Positions 31,650-40,262 of a stretch of DNA of 64,000 bases are shown piece by piece. The stretch is from assembly GCA_002170245.2 (NCBI GenBank), contig NHFN02000017.1, positions 153,461 to 217,460 on the forward strand, given 5' to 3'. The position numbers and the translations under genes were made by a program. Source of the DNA: Gammaproteobacteria bacterium TMED112 (GTDB lineage: Bacteria; Pseudomonadota; Gammaproteobacteria; Magnimaribacterales; TMED112). Positions within the stretch are counted from its first letter, which is position 1, and every line of letters begins with the position of its first letter. The notes below the pieces were generated by a model. The model saw only the letters and a program-made list of their open reading frames with translations. It had not been told where the DNA came from and searched no databases.

Positions 31650-33232
31650 AGGTATTTTAACCTCATCATAAATTTAGATAGCTTCCCTACAACAGGTGCG
31701 GACACATCTCCTCCAAAATATTTATTAGGATCAGGCTCATCAATTGAGACAATCATAATAAATTTTGGGTTGTTATAAGGAAAAATAGAAGCAAAACTTG
31801 AGATGTATTTTTCAGACGCATAACCAACACCTTCAATATACTTTTCCGATGTTCCTGTTTTCCCTGCTATTTCTATTCTCTCATTCTTAAGGTTTGATGC
31901 TGTACCATCTAAAACTGTCATTCTCAACGAGTCCAAAATAAATGAAGCAGTAGATTTACTAAGAACTCTCACTCTTTCAGATTTAATATCTGGTAAGATC
32001 CTTGGCTCTATCATTACCCCCTCATTAGCGAAAACGCTATAAGCTCTTGCTATTTGTAGTGAGTTAGAGGTCAAACTATATCCATAACCTAATGATGCTT
32101 TGTCAATATCATAGAGTTTAGGATTATCAATAATTTTTCCAGGAGAATTAGTTATCCATTGCATTTCTAGTTCTTTTCCAAAACCAAATTGACTAAGATT
32201 GTCTCGCATCTCAGCTGACGAAAATTTAATAGCAATCTTTGCTATTGCAACTTGAGATGATTTTGAAATAGTTTCTGAGGGATTGATTCTGCCAAAATTT
32301 TTGCCTCCTGCCTCACTTCTCTTAAAACCAGAAAGTGTAACAAAGCCAGGGTTTGTATTGATAACACTATCTTTTTGAATATGTCCAAGTTTAAGTGCTC
32401 CAGCAACAGTTACAGGTTTAATTAATGATCCAGGCTCAAAAAAATCGTGAACTACTTTATTTCTCTCAATTACTCGATCAGGGTTATTTGGGTTAAATGT
32501 TGGATAACTTACCATTGCCAGTATTTCTCCTGACTTAGCATTCATTATTAATGCAGAGCCCCCCTTAGCTTTTGAAGTTGAAATTGCTTCTTTCAACTCA
32601 TTAAAAAGTTTAAATTGTAAGTTTGTATCTAATGTAAGAGATAAGCTCTCACTAGTTCCAAGGTTTATAAAATCCTCTAATTGACCATATAGTTTTTCAC
32701 CTCTTCCGCTTTGCCTAAATGTTGATTTTCTTTCATCAATAACTAGGTCTTTATCCATTACTTTTTCTACACCTTCAAGACCTCCATCAGTCCCAGAGAA
32801 ACCTATTACAGGACCATAAATACTACCGAATGGATAATACCTTTTGAATGTATCTTCCCTTATTGGCACGCAACTACATGCTTTTTGAATGTCGGACAGC
32901 ATTGATTTTGAAATATTATTTTCTAAATAAATTCTTCTTTTAGTATTCAAAAAAATTTCTTGAGATTGTTTGAATAAGATATCTTTTGCAATATTTTTAT
33001 CATTCTCATTTTTAAACAATAAAGTTGGCCGCATAATATCAGTTGCAAGCTCTATTCCATTTCTATCTAATATTTTTTTTCTAGGTTGCAGATTAATTTC
33101 AGAGGCAGTATTCCTAATTTCCGCGGCTTCAAGAAATCGATCTCGCTCTTGGTTTAGTTGGTAGTATCTGTAGCCAGGTATTGATAAAAGAATCAAAAAA
33201 ATAAAGAAAAGAAATCTTAACTTACTCATCAT
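31646..33232 (-). CDS. ftsI: Penicillin-binding protein 3
   Basis: EPGSLIK (SxxK), KTGT, RYYPFG; dcw position. Confidence 0.93.
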   Translation of the reverse strand: MMSKLRFLFFIFLILLSIPGYRYYQLNQERDRFLEAAEIRNTASEINLQPRKKILDRNGIELATDIMRPTLLFKNENDKNIAKDILFKQSQEIFLNTKRRIYLENNISKSMLSDIQKACSCVPIREDTFKRYYPFGSIYGPVIGFSGTDGGLEGVEKVMDKDLVIDERKSTFRQSGRGEKLYGQLEDFINLGTSESLSLTLDTNLQFKLFNELKEAISTSKAKGGSALIMNAKSGEILAMVSYPTFNPNNPDRVIERNKVVHDFFEPGSLIKPVTVAGALKLGHIQKDSVINTNPGFVTLSGFKRSEAGGKNFGRINPSETISKSSQVAIAKIAIKFSSAEMRDNLSQFGFGKELEMQWITNSPGKIIDNPKLYDIDKASLGYGYSLTSNSLQIARAYSVFANEGVMIEPRILPDIKSERVRVLSKSTASFILDSLRMTVLDGTASNLKNERIEIAGKTGTSEKYIEGVGYASEKYISSFASIFPYNNPKFIMIVSIDEPDPNKYFGGDVSAPVVGKLSKFMMRLKYL

Positions 33233-33473
33233 CGATATCAGGATCGGTCATTCCAAGAGCTATAGCTTTATCATAAATATATGGTGATGATTTCAAGAGA
33301 GCTATTTCAACATTTAACTTTGAATTTTGATTTTGTAACTTAAAGATTTTGTCTTGCACATTATCAAGATGCATGAAGTTTCTTTTATATTCAAAAACAA
33401 GAAAGACCTTTAAGAAAGAAAGACCCAGAAAAGCTAAAAAAAATATTGCTAGCAAGTAATCTAAAATTTTCAT
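33222..33473 (-). CDS. ftsL: Cell division protein FtsL
   Basis: TM plus leucine heptads, AIALGM; between rsmH and ftsI. Confidence 0.8.
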   Translation of the reverse strand: MKILDYLLAIFFLAFLGLSFLKVFLVFEYKRNFMHLDNVQDKIFKLQNQNSKLNVEIALLKSSPYIYDKAIALGMTDPDIDDE

Positions 33474-34360
33474 AATTTTTCAATAATTCTCATTTTAGCG
33501 CTTCTAGCTCTTGGGTTCAGGGAAATTTCTTCAGGAGGAGGATAAATTATTTTACTTATCTTAAATTTATCAGGAACATCTTTATGTATCAAAGGGATAT
33601 CTTTTTCATGAAAATTGATTTTTGGTTTAAATGTTTGTTTTGCAATCCTATCTTCAAGAGAATGAAATGTAATTATCACTAATTTACCTGATTTAATTAA
33701 TTTTTCTTTAATTTTTTCTAGGCAAACTGAGAGATTTTCAATTTCTGAATTTACAGCCATCCTCAGGGCTTGAAATGACTTTGTTGCCGGATGTTTTTTT
33801 GTTTTGATTGCTTTAGCTGCTTTAATGATTTCTGCTAGTTCTAGAGTATTTTTAATTGAATTTTTTTCTCTATGTTTAATGATAAATTTTGCTATTTTTC
33901 TAGATTCCTTTTCCTCACCAAATTTCCAAAGAATTGTGGAAATCTCTTTTTCACTAAATTCTTCAATTATATCTTTGCATGTAAATTCCTGTTTTTGATT
34001 GAATCTCATATCCAACGGTCCTTTTGCTTGAAAACTAAATCCTCTTTCAGGATCATCAAGCTGTGGTGATGAAACCCCACAATCAAGCAAAACTCCTGTT
34101 AAAGAATTGTCTTTAATAAAATCGTCAATCTTTGAAAAATTTGTTTTGATGAATCTAAAATTTTGATGTTTAATATTCTCAGCAACTTCCACGGCTGAAT
34201 CATCTAAATCAAATGAAACTAGTTGCCCTTTTGATGAAAGTCTCTCTAAGATTTTTTTTGTATGTCCTCCTCTTCCAAATGTACAATCCAGATACAAGCC
34301 ATCTGTATCTGAAATTAGGTTATTTACAGATTCTTCCAGAAGTATTGGTGTATGTTTAAT
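33470..34360 (-). CDS. rsmH: 16S rRNA m4C1402 methyltransferase RsmH, likely ATT start at 34360
   Basis: DCTFGRGGH, GVSSPQLD, FHSLEDR, NPRARSAK; the frame extends upstream of the track start (34297) through KHTPILLEE to ATT at 34360, with an in-frame TAG two codons further up. Confidence 0.93.
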   Translation of the reverse strand: MKHTPILLEESVNNLISDTDGLYLDCTFGRGGHTKKILERLSSKGQLVSFDLDDSAVEVAENIKHQNFRFIKTNFSKIDDFIKDNSLTGVLLDCGVSSPQLDDPERGFSFQAKGPLDMRFNQKQEFTCKDIIEEFSEKEISTILWKFGEEKESRKIAKFIIKHREKNSIKNTLELAEIIKAAKAIKTKKHPATKSFQALRMAVNSEIENLSVCLEKIKEKLIKSGKLVIITFHSLEDRIAKQTFKPKINFHEKDIPLIHKDVPDKFKISKIIYPPPEEISLNPRARSAKMRIIEKL

Positions 34361-35456
34361 CCTCTAAACTCCGTATTACATCATTTATATCAATTAAGTT
34401 AAGTTTTTCAGGATCCACATACCCTTTTAATTCTTTTCTTACTGTATTCATATCTCGCACAGGTCTTATATAAGAATTTGAAAATTCATCTAGATTAAAT
34501 CTTCTCAAGCCTGTTGCAATAATAGTTACTACTATTTCATCTCCAAATGATTCATCTATTGTAAGCCCTGGAATTGCCTCAACACCCTCTTGACTTATGC
34601 TTTGTGCTTGTCTCATGATCTCATTTATTTCTTGCATCTCCATTCCCGATGCTCCACAAATATTTACTAATAATCCTTTAGCATTTTTGACTTCTGCTTT
34701 ATTAAAAAATGGATTATTCAAGGCATCATTGACAGCATCAATGGCACGATTTAATCCTTTTGCTTTGCCTATACACATAATTGCCATCCCTTTTTGAGAC
34801 ATAGCAGCCTGCACATCAGCAAAATCAACATTCATTGTCGCAGGGTTCAAAATTACGTTAGAAACACCTCTAACAGCATTTGTGATTACTTCATTCACTG
34901 CATTAAAGCCTTCATTAAACTGTGCATTTGCTGGGAAAACTTCAAAGATTTTTTCATTGTCTATCTCAATACATGAATCTACATTCTGCATTAATTTTGA
35001 TATTCCAGCTCTAGCCTGTTCAGCTCTTTTTTCTTGTTCATATTTAAATGGTGTTGTAACAATAGCGACAGTAAGAATGCCTAATTCTTTTGCAACTTTT
35101 GCAATTACTGGAGAACCACCAGTACCTGTTCCTCCACCCATGCCTGCGATAATAAAAAGCATTTCGGTATGTTCCAATGCGTCTCTTATTTCTGGAATAC
35201 TCAATTCTGTAGCGACTCTGCCTCTCTCAGGATCATTCCCAGCCCCTAGACCTTTAGTAAATTGCTCACCTAATTTAATTTTTTTTGCTTTGTGAATCTT
35301 TGTTAAGTCTTGCGAGTCAGTATTTGCACAAATAAATTCAACTCCTTGAATATCTGACTTGATCATGTGGTGAATACTATTACCTCCACCTCCACCTATA
35401 CCAATAACAGTTATTTTTGCCTGTTCATAGTTTGAATCTAGAATTTGCCAAGTCAT
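34356..35456 (-). CDS. ftsZ: Cell division protein FtsZ, at the head of the dcw cluster
   Basis: GIGGGGGN, GLGAG, AGMGGGTGTG, NVDFADV, VTIIATG. Confidence 0.97.
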   Translation of the reverse strand: MTWQILDSNYEQAKITVIGIGGGGGNSIHHMIKSDIQGVEFICANTDSQDLTKIHKAKKIKLGEQFTKGLGAGNDPERGRVATELSIPEIRDALEHTEMLFIIAGMGGGTGTGGSPVIAKVAKELGILTVAIVTTPFKYEQEKRAEQARAGISKLMQNVDSCIEIDNEKIFEVFPANAQFNEGFNAVNEVITNAVRGVSNVILNPATMNVDFADVQAAMSQKGMAIMCIGKAKGLNRAIDAVNDALNNPFFNKAEVKNAKGLLVNICGASGMEMQEINEIMRQAQSISQEGVEAIPGLTIDESFGDEIVVTIIATGLRRFNLDEFSNSYIRPVRDMNTVRKELKGYVDPEKLNLIDINDVIRSLED

Positions 35457-35462
35457 ATTATG

Positions 35463-35468
35463 ATTTTA
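35463..35468 (-). promoter_or_regulatory. Putative -10 box (TAAAAT) for leaderless ftsZ
   Basis: 6 nt upstream of ftsZ ATG, no SD. Confidence 0.45.
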
Positions 35469-35480
35469 AATGAGTGGAGT

Positions 35481-35802
35481 GAGTTGGTCTATAAGCCGGA
35501 TTCTGTTATAGCCATCATTTATCTAGATGCTTTGTCACCAAAACATTCATGCTGCCTACCCTGATCTTACGCGAGCAACGTATTTAGATCTCTATTTGGC
35601 ATTGCTTCAAGTGGGGTTTGCCATGCCCTAATTTTACTTAGGCGGTAAGCTCTTACCTTACCTTTTCACCCTTACCATAAAATGGCGGTTTGTTTTCTGT
35701 TGCACTAGCCGTAGACTCACGTCCCCCAGCAATTAACTGGCACTTTGCTCTTTGAAGTCCGGACTTTCCTCTTATAAAAATAAGCGATAGCTCGACCAAC
35801 TC
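35481..35802 (-). ncRNA. rnpB: RNase P RNA (type A)
   Basis: GAGGAAAGTCCGG, AGTGCAACAGAAA and ACAGAATCCGGCTTA conserved blocks; P1 pairing GAGTTGGTC/GACCAACTC; follows rsmI. Confidence 0.97.
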
Positions 35803-35816
35803 AGGAAGATATGATA

Positions 35817-36647
35817 TCAGGACTTTTGTGAAAAGGATAAAAATCTTTTATAAAGTAAATTTTTATTAATTCCTGTTAGATCTGAAGCTAATTTTGATAT
35901 CTCTTTAATTGAGATTTTTGATTGTAAATTATCAAATATCTTATCTGCTTTTGAATAATCGTAAGCTTTTTCATTAAAATTTAACAATAAAACGAACTCT
36001 CCTTTAACAAGCTCTGTTTTTGCATTAAATATTTGTAAAACCTCTCTTGGCGAACCTCTAAAAAAGTTTTCGTGTAGTTTAGTTAATTCTTTTGCCACAC
36101 AAAGGCATACCTCAGAACCAAAAATTTGATCGATGAGTTCTAAAGAAGTTATTAACCTATGTGTTGTTTCATAGAAAATTGATGTGCCCGAAAAATTACA
36201 GCATTCGTTAAGTGCAGCAAACAATTCTTTTTTCTTTTTTGGAAGGAACCCATTAAATTGAAATTTATCAGTAGGCAAACCACTTCCAACTAAAGCTGTT
36301 ATAACTGCAGTAGGCCCTGGCAAAGAAATTATATTAATATTGTTTAATATTAGTTCTGAAATAAGCTTGTAGCCTGGATCTGATATTAACGGAGTCCCAG
36401 CATCTGAAATTATTCCACCATTAAGGCCGCCCTTCAATTGCTTGAGTATATTTTCTCTATCAGCCTTATTGGAGTGGTCGTTATAAGTAAATATTTTTTT
36501 TGTTCTGATTTTAAGCTTCTTCAATAAATTCATGGTTGCTACTCTATTTTCAACTAATAAAAAATCTACTTCTTTAATCACATTGATTGCACGAATAGTA
36601 ATATCATCAAGATTGCCGATTGGAGAAGGTATAATATAGAAAGCCAT
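35817..36647 (-). CDS. rsmI: 16S rRNA Cm1402 methyltransferase RsmI
   Basis: PIGNLDDIT.RA, SDAGTPLISDPG, KELTKLHE. Confidence 0.96.
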   Translation of the reverse strand: MAFYIIPSPIGNLDDITIRAINVIKEVDFLLVENRVATMNLLKKLKIRTKKIFTYNDHSNKADRENILKQLKGGLNGGIISDAGTPLISDPGYKLISELILNNINIISLPGPTAVITALVGSGLPTDKFQFNGFLPKKKKELFAALNECCNFSGTSIFYETTHRLITSLELIDQIFGSEVCLCVAKELTKLHENFFRGSPREVLQIFNAKTELVKGEFVLLLNFNEKAYDYSKADKIFDNLQSKISIKEISKLASDLTGINKNLLYKRFLSFSQKS

Positions 36648-37713
36648 GTTTATAAAAAAATTTTATCTATTATTGATAATTATTATTATAACTAGTTGCT
36701 CCAGTGCTCCTAAAAAAAATATTACAAAAACTCAGTTTGTCCCGGATATTGCAGGGAATAAATTCATTGGAGTCACTGATATTGAAGATTATCTTGATGT
36801 GAATAATTATCAGAATAAATTTATCGTGGCGGCGCCTGATCACAAAAGATTTTCAGAATTCAATAATTTTTTCCAGTTGGGTATTCTGACAGCTAAAAAT
36901 CAGTTAAAAATTTCTAATGAAGTTAAATTTATTGATCAAGAAAATTTAAATTTGTTAGAAGCAAACAAAAATTTCTTAATTGGTCCCTTGAGTAATGAAA
37001 TTGTGATTAACATTGATGGTTTGCTTTTGAAAGATAAAGCTCTACTTCTAAATGATGCAGTCGACAATTATTCGATTTCACTCAGTCAAGAATCCCAAAT
37101 CTCAACACTTGAAACTTATTTGTTAAATAATAGCATTGAAAGGCTAGGAATTATTGAGGATGAAAATAATCCTACTGAGCAGACAAAAGACTTCAAAAAA
37201 AAGTGGTTAAATGAAAACAGAGATGCCGTAACTATAGCAGTTGATAATGATCCATCTACTAGAATTGAAAATTTTTTGAACGTAACAGATAGTAAATTTA
37301 GGTTTCAAATTATTGATGAAGCAAGTTTCTCTGACGTCGAGTTTATCCCAAGGACCAGAAAAGATTTTTCACAAGTAGTAGTTTTTACAAATGATCTAAG
37401 CAGATTATATGAAATAGCTTCATTAGTAAGGTTTAATTACGGTCTGGAATATGAGATATTTTCCCTAACCTCAAATTTTGATCAAAAAATAGATAAAAAT
37501 GAAATTTCATTACATGACATAACGCTTATTGATCATACGTATGAGAATAGATTTACAAGCGATCTTCCTAAAAGTCGCAGTTTCTGCTTAGGATTTGATG
37601 CGCTTCTCGTAAGTTATGCTATTGCCAATAATGTTAAAGGAGAAATAAGAGGTCTCCTTGGAATCTATAAAATTACTAATGAATCTTTAGTTTCTAAATC
37701 TTATATTAATTAA
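36646..37713 (+). CDS. lpoA: Lipoprotein, probable truncated LpoA (PBP1A activator, C-terminal domain)
   Basis: Lipobox ITSC, IGPL, FIPRTRKD, CLGFDA; divergent from rsmI as lpoA usually is. Confidence 0.7.
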   Translation: MFIKKFYLLLIIIIITSCSSAPKKNITKTQFVPDIAGNKFIGVTDIEDYLDVNNYQNKFIVAAPDHKRFSEFNNFFQLGILTAKNQLKISNEVKFIDQENLNLLEANKNFLIGPLSNEIVINIDGLLLKDKALLLNDAVDNYSISLSQESQISTLETYLLNNSIERLGIIEDENNPTEQTKDFKKKWLNENRDAVTIAVDNDPSTRIENFLNVTDSKFRFQIIDEASFSDVEFIPRTRKDFSQVVVFTNDLSRLYEIASLVRFNYGLEYEIFSLTSNFDQKIDKNEISLHDITLIDHTYENRFTSDLPKSRSFCLGFDALLVSYAIANNVKGEIRGLLGIYKITNESLVSKSYIN

Positions 37714-38326
37714 AAGAATATTTTAAATCTCTTTCTGAGTCGGTTAGAGATAATTCAAAACTTGGTCTTGAAAAAAGTTTTTCTTGATATGCGCTCAAGC
37801 TTGCAAAAGATTTTGTATTTGGCAGGCTCACTCCTAGATATGGAAGCCTATATAAAATTGCAGCCATGTAGCAATCAACCAATGTAAATTCATCACTCAT
37901 GAAGTATGGTTTTTCTTTTAAAACTAATACTATCCCTGAAACTAATCCAACAAGTTCTTTTTTCAATGAATCAAATTCTTTTTGACTAATTTTAGGCCTC
38001 ATCATTCTATCGACAACTGGCAACCAGTCCCTTTCAATTCTGTGAATTAATAATCGACATTCTGCTTTATCATTTGGATAAATTGGCAATAACGGGGGAT
38101 GAGGAAATCGTTCATCAAGATATTCAAGAATTACTCTTGGCTCATATATAGTAACTTCTCGCTCAACTAATACAGGTAATTTGTTGTAAGGGTTGATCGT
38201 TGGCAATTCCTCAGGCATTTTTCCCTCAGGGTCAAATTCCTTTATATCACAAGCAATATCTTTTTCTGCTAATACAATTCTAATCATATGACTATGGTGT
38301 CCCTTTTCTTCAGAATAAAAAATCAT
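37706..38326 (-). CDS. sspA: Stringent starvation protein A
   Basis: RIVLAEK, NPY..P.L.ER, EYLDERFPHPPL; follows petC. Confidence 0.93.
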   Translation of the reverse strand: MIFYSEEKGHHSHMIRIVLAEKDIACDIKEFDPEGKMPEELPTINPYNKLPVLVEREVTIYEPRVILEYLDERFPHPPLLPIYPNDKAECRLLIHRIERDWLPVVDRMMRPKISQKEFDSLKKELVGLVSGIVLVLKEKPYFMSDEFTLVDCYMAAILYRLPYLGVSLPNTKSFASLSAYQEKLFSRPSFELSLTDSERDLKYSFN

Positions 38327-39021
38327 TTAAGCTCCTTTGCATATTCTCTATAAAGAAGATTCATCACAGCAGTAAAAACAATAAAAAATAGAATTACAAA
38401 AACACCATTTTTTTCTCTTGTTATTCGTGCTGGCTCTGCTGCATAAGCTAAAAAGTTAACTAAATCTTTCATTGAATCATCAAATTCTTCAGCAGTCATT
38501 GAACCTTCAGAGATAGAAACTAGTGTACCACCCGTGTCAAGTGCCTGATTGCCTTGTAAGCCAGCAAGCACATTAGGCATAGCAGTTCCCACATAAACAA
38601 GGTTATTTGATCCGGATGTTTGAGAAGGATCTTCATAGAATGTTCTTAAGTAAGTATATATCCATTCATCGCCCCTTACTCTTGTTCTCAAAGTAAGATC
38701 TGGGGCACCAATAGGAGATACATCTGGCATACCAAAAGTCATATGGTCAGCTATTTTTGTATCAGGCGTTCTGATTAATTCTTCTGTAATAATGTTTTCA
38801 GGAATTACTAAATCTTTTTGCAATCTATTCCATCTCAAAAGTTTTAGCGTGTGGCAGCTTGCACAATAATTCATATAGATACCAAGACCTCTTTGAAGAG
38901 AATAGAGATCATGTACATTGGAGGAAAATGCATCACATTTTTCTAAAGAACCGCAATTATTTTCTCCAGCAGAGAAACCGTATGAACTCAAAATTAAAAG
39001 TATTAGTAATAGTTTTTTCAT
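38323..39021 (-). CDS. petC: Cytochrome c1
   Basis: CASCH heme motif, APDL, AMPNVL, C-terminal TM. Confidence 0.95.
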   Translation of the reverse strand: MKKLLLILLILSSYGFSAGENNCGSLEKCDAFSSNVHDLYSLQRGLGIYMNYCASCHTLKLLRWNRLQKDLVIPENIITEELIRTPDTKIADHMTFGMPDVSPIGAPDLTLRTRVRGDEWIYTYLRTFYEDPSQTSGSNNLVYVGTAMPNVLAGLQGNQALDTGGTLVSISEGSMTAEEFDDSMKDLVNFLAYAAEPARITREKNGVFVILFFIVFTAVMNLLYREYAKELK

Positions 39022-40262
39022 AATCTATCTGGAACTTCTAATGTTTTTTCATATTTTGTGTAAATTGGCATAAGTATAAATGGTGCAAAGTAAAAAACAG
39101 TGCATATTTGAGCTATTATGGTTCTCAGTTCATTTACTGGCTTTGTACCGAGGTAACCTAGTGTTATAAAAGATGCTGCGAAAAGAATCATTGCAATTTT
39201 GCTATACATCCCCTTATATCTGATACTTTGTACATTTGATCTATCCAGCCATGGAACTACGAAAAGAATCGCTATACTTGCAGCAAAAATTATAAATCCT
39301 AAGAATTTACTTGTTATACCTAAAAAGGGTATGCCAAAAGTAACTGCCCTCAATATAGAGTAAAAAGGAGCATAGTACCAAACTGGTGCTATATGTTCTG
39401 GTGTTTTAAGGAAATTTGCTTCTTCAAAGTTTGGCTTCTCTATAAAATAACCACCACCTGTTGGAGCAAAGAATACAATGGCAAAAAATACAATAAAGAA
39501 AATCCCAATAGCAGGCAATGCACCAAAAGTTTTGTATGGGTGAAATGGAGCTCCATCTAATGGCATACCTTTTTTGTCTCTGTACTTTTCAATATCCACT
39601 CCCTCTGGATTTCCTGCTCCAACCTCATGAAGTGCAAAAATATGAAAAACTACCAGTGCAATCATTAATAGTGGAACAACTACTACATGTAGTGCGAAAA
39701 ATCTCGAAAGCGTAATACCTGAAAGGACAAAATCACCTTGAATCCAAACCTGCAAATCAGGCCCTATGAAAGGAATTGCTCCAAATAGCGACAAAATAAC
39801 ATTTGCTGCCCAATATGACATTTGACCCCATGGAAGCACGTAACCTAAGAACCCTTCTGCCATTAGCAAAAACAGAAGAAAACAACCAAATAGCCAGACA
39901 AGTTCCTTTGGTTTTTGATAAGAGCCATATAAAAGACCCCTAAACATATGAAAATACATTAAGAAGAAAAATGCACTGGCGCCTGTACTATGCATATATC
40001 TCATCAACCATCCATATTCAACGTCTCTCATAATATATTCAACGCTTGCGAATGCTCCTTCTTCAGTATTTGTATAAAACATCATTAACCATATGCCTGT
40101 AACAACCTGGATCATGAAAACTACCATTAATAAAGCCCCAAACAGATAAAAGAAATTTACTTTTTTTGGAACAGGGTGTTTTGTTAAGTGTCTTTCTAGA
40201 TTTTCAGTGACAGGTAGTCGTCTGTCTACCCAGCCCATTATTGTATTTTTTTCGCTAGCCAT
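39018..40262 (-). CDS. petB: Cytochrome b
   Basis: RYMHSTGAS, LPWGQMSYW, HIAPVWY. Confidence 0.98.
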   Translation of the reverse strand: MASEKNTIMGWVDRRLPVTENLERHLTKHPVPKKVNFFYLFGALLMVVFMIQVVTGIWLMMFYTNTEEGAFASVEYIMRDVEYGWLMRYMHSTGASAFFFLMYFHMFRGLLYGSYQKPKELVWLFGCFLLFLLMAEGFLGYVLPWGQMSYWAANVILSLFGAIPFIGPDLQVWIQGDFVLSGITLSRFFALHVVVVPLLMIALVVFHIFALHEVGAGNPEGVDIEKYRDKKGMPLDGAPFHPYKTFGALPAIGIFFIVFFAIVFFAPTGGGYFIEKPNFEEANFLKTPEHIAPVWYYAPFYSILRAVTFGIPFLGITSKFLGFIIFAASIAILFVVPWLDRSNVQSIRYKGMYSKIAMILFAASFITLGYLGTKPVNELRTIIAQICTVFYFAPFILMPIYTKYEKTLEVPDRL

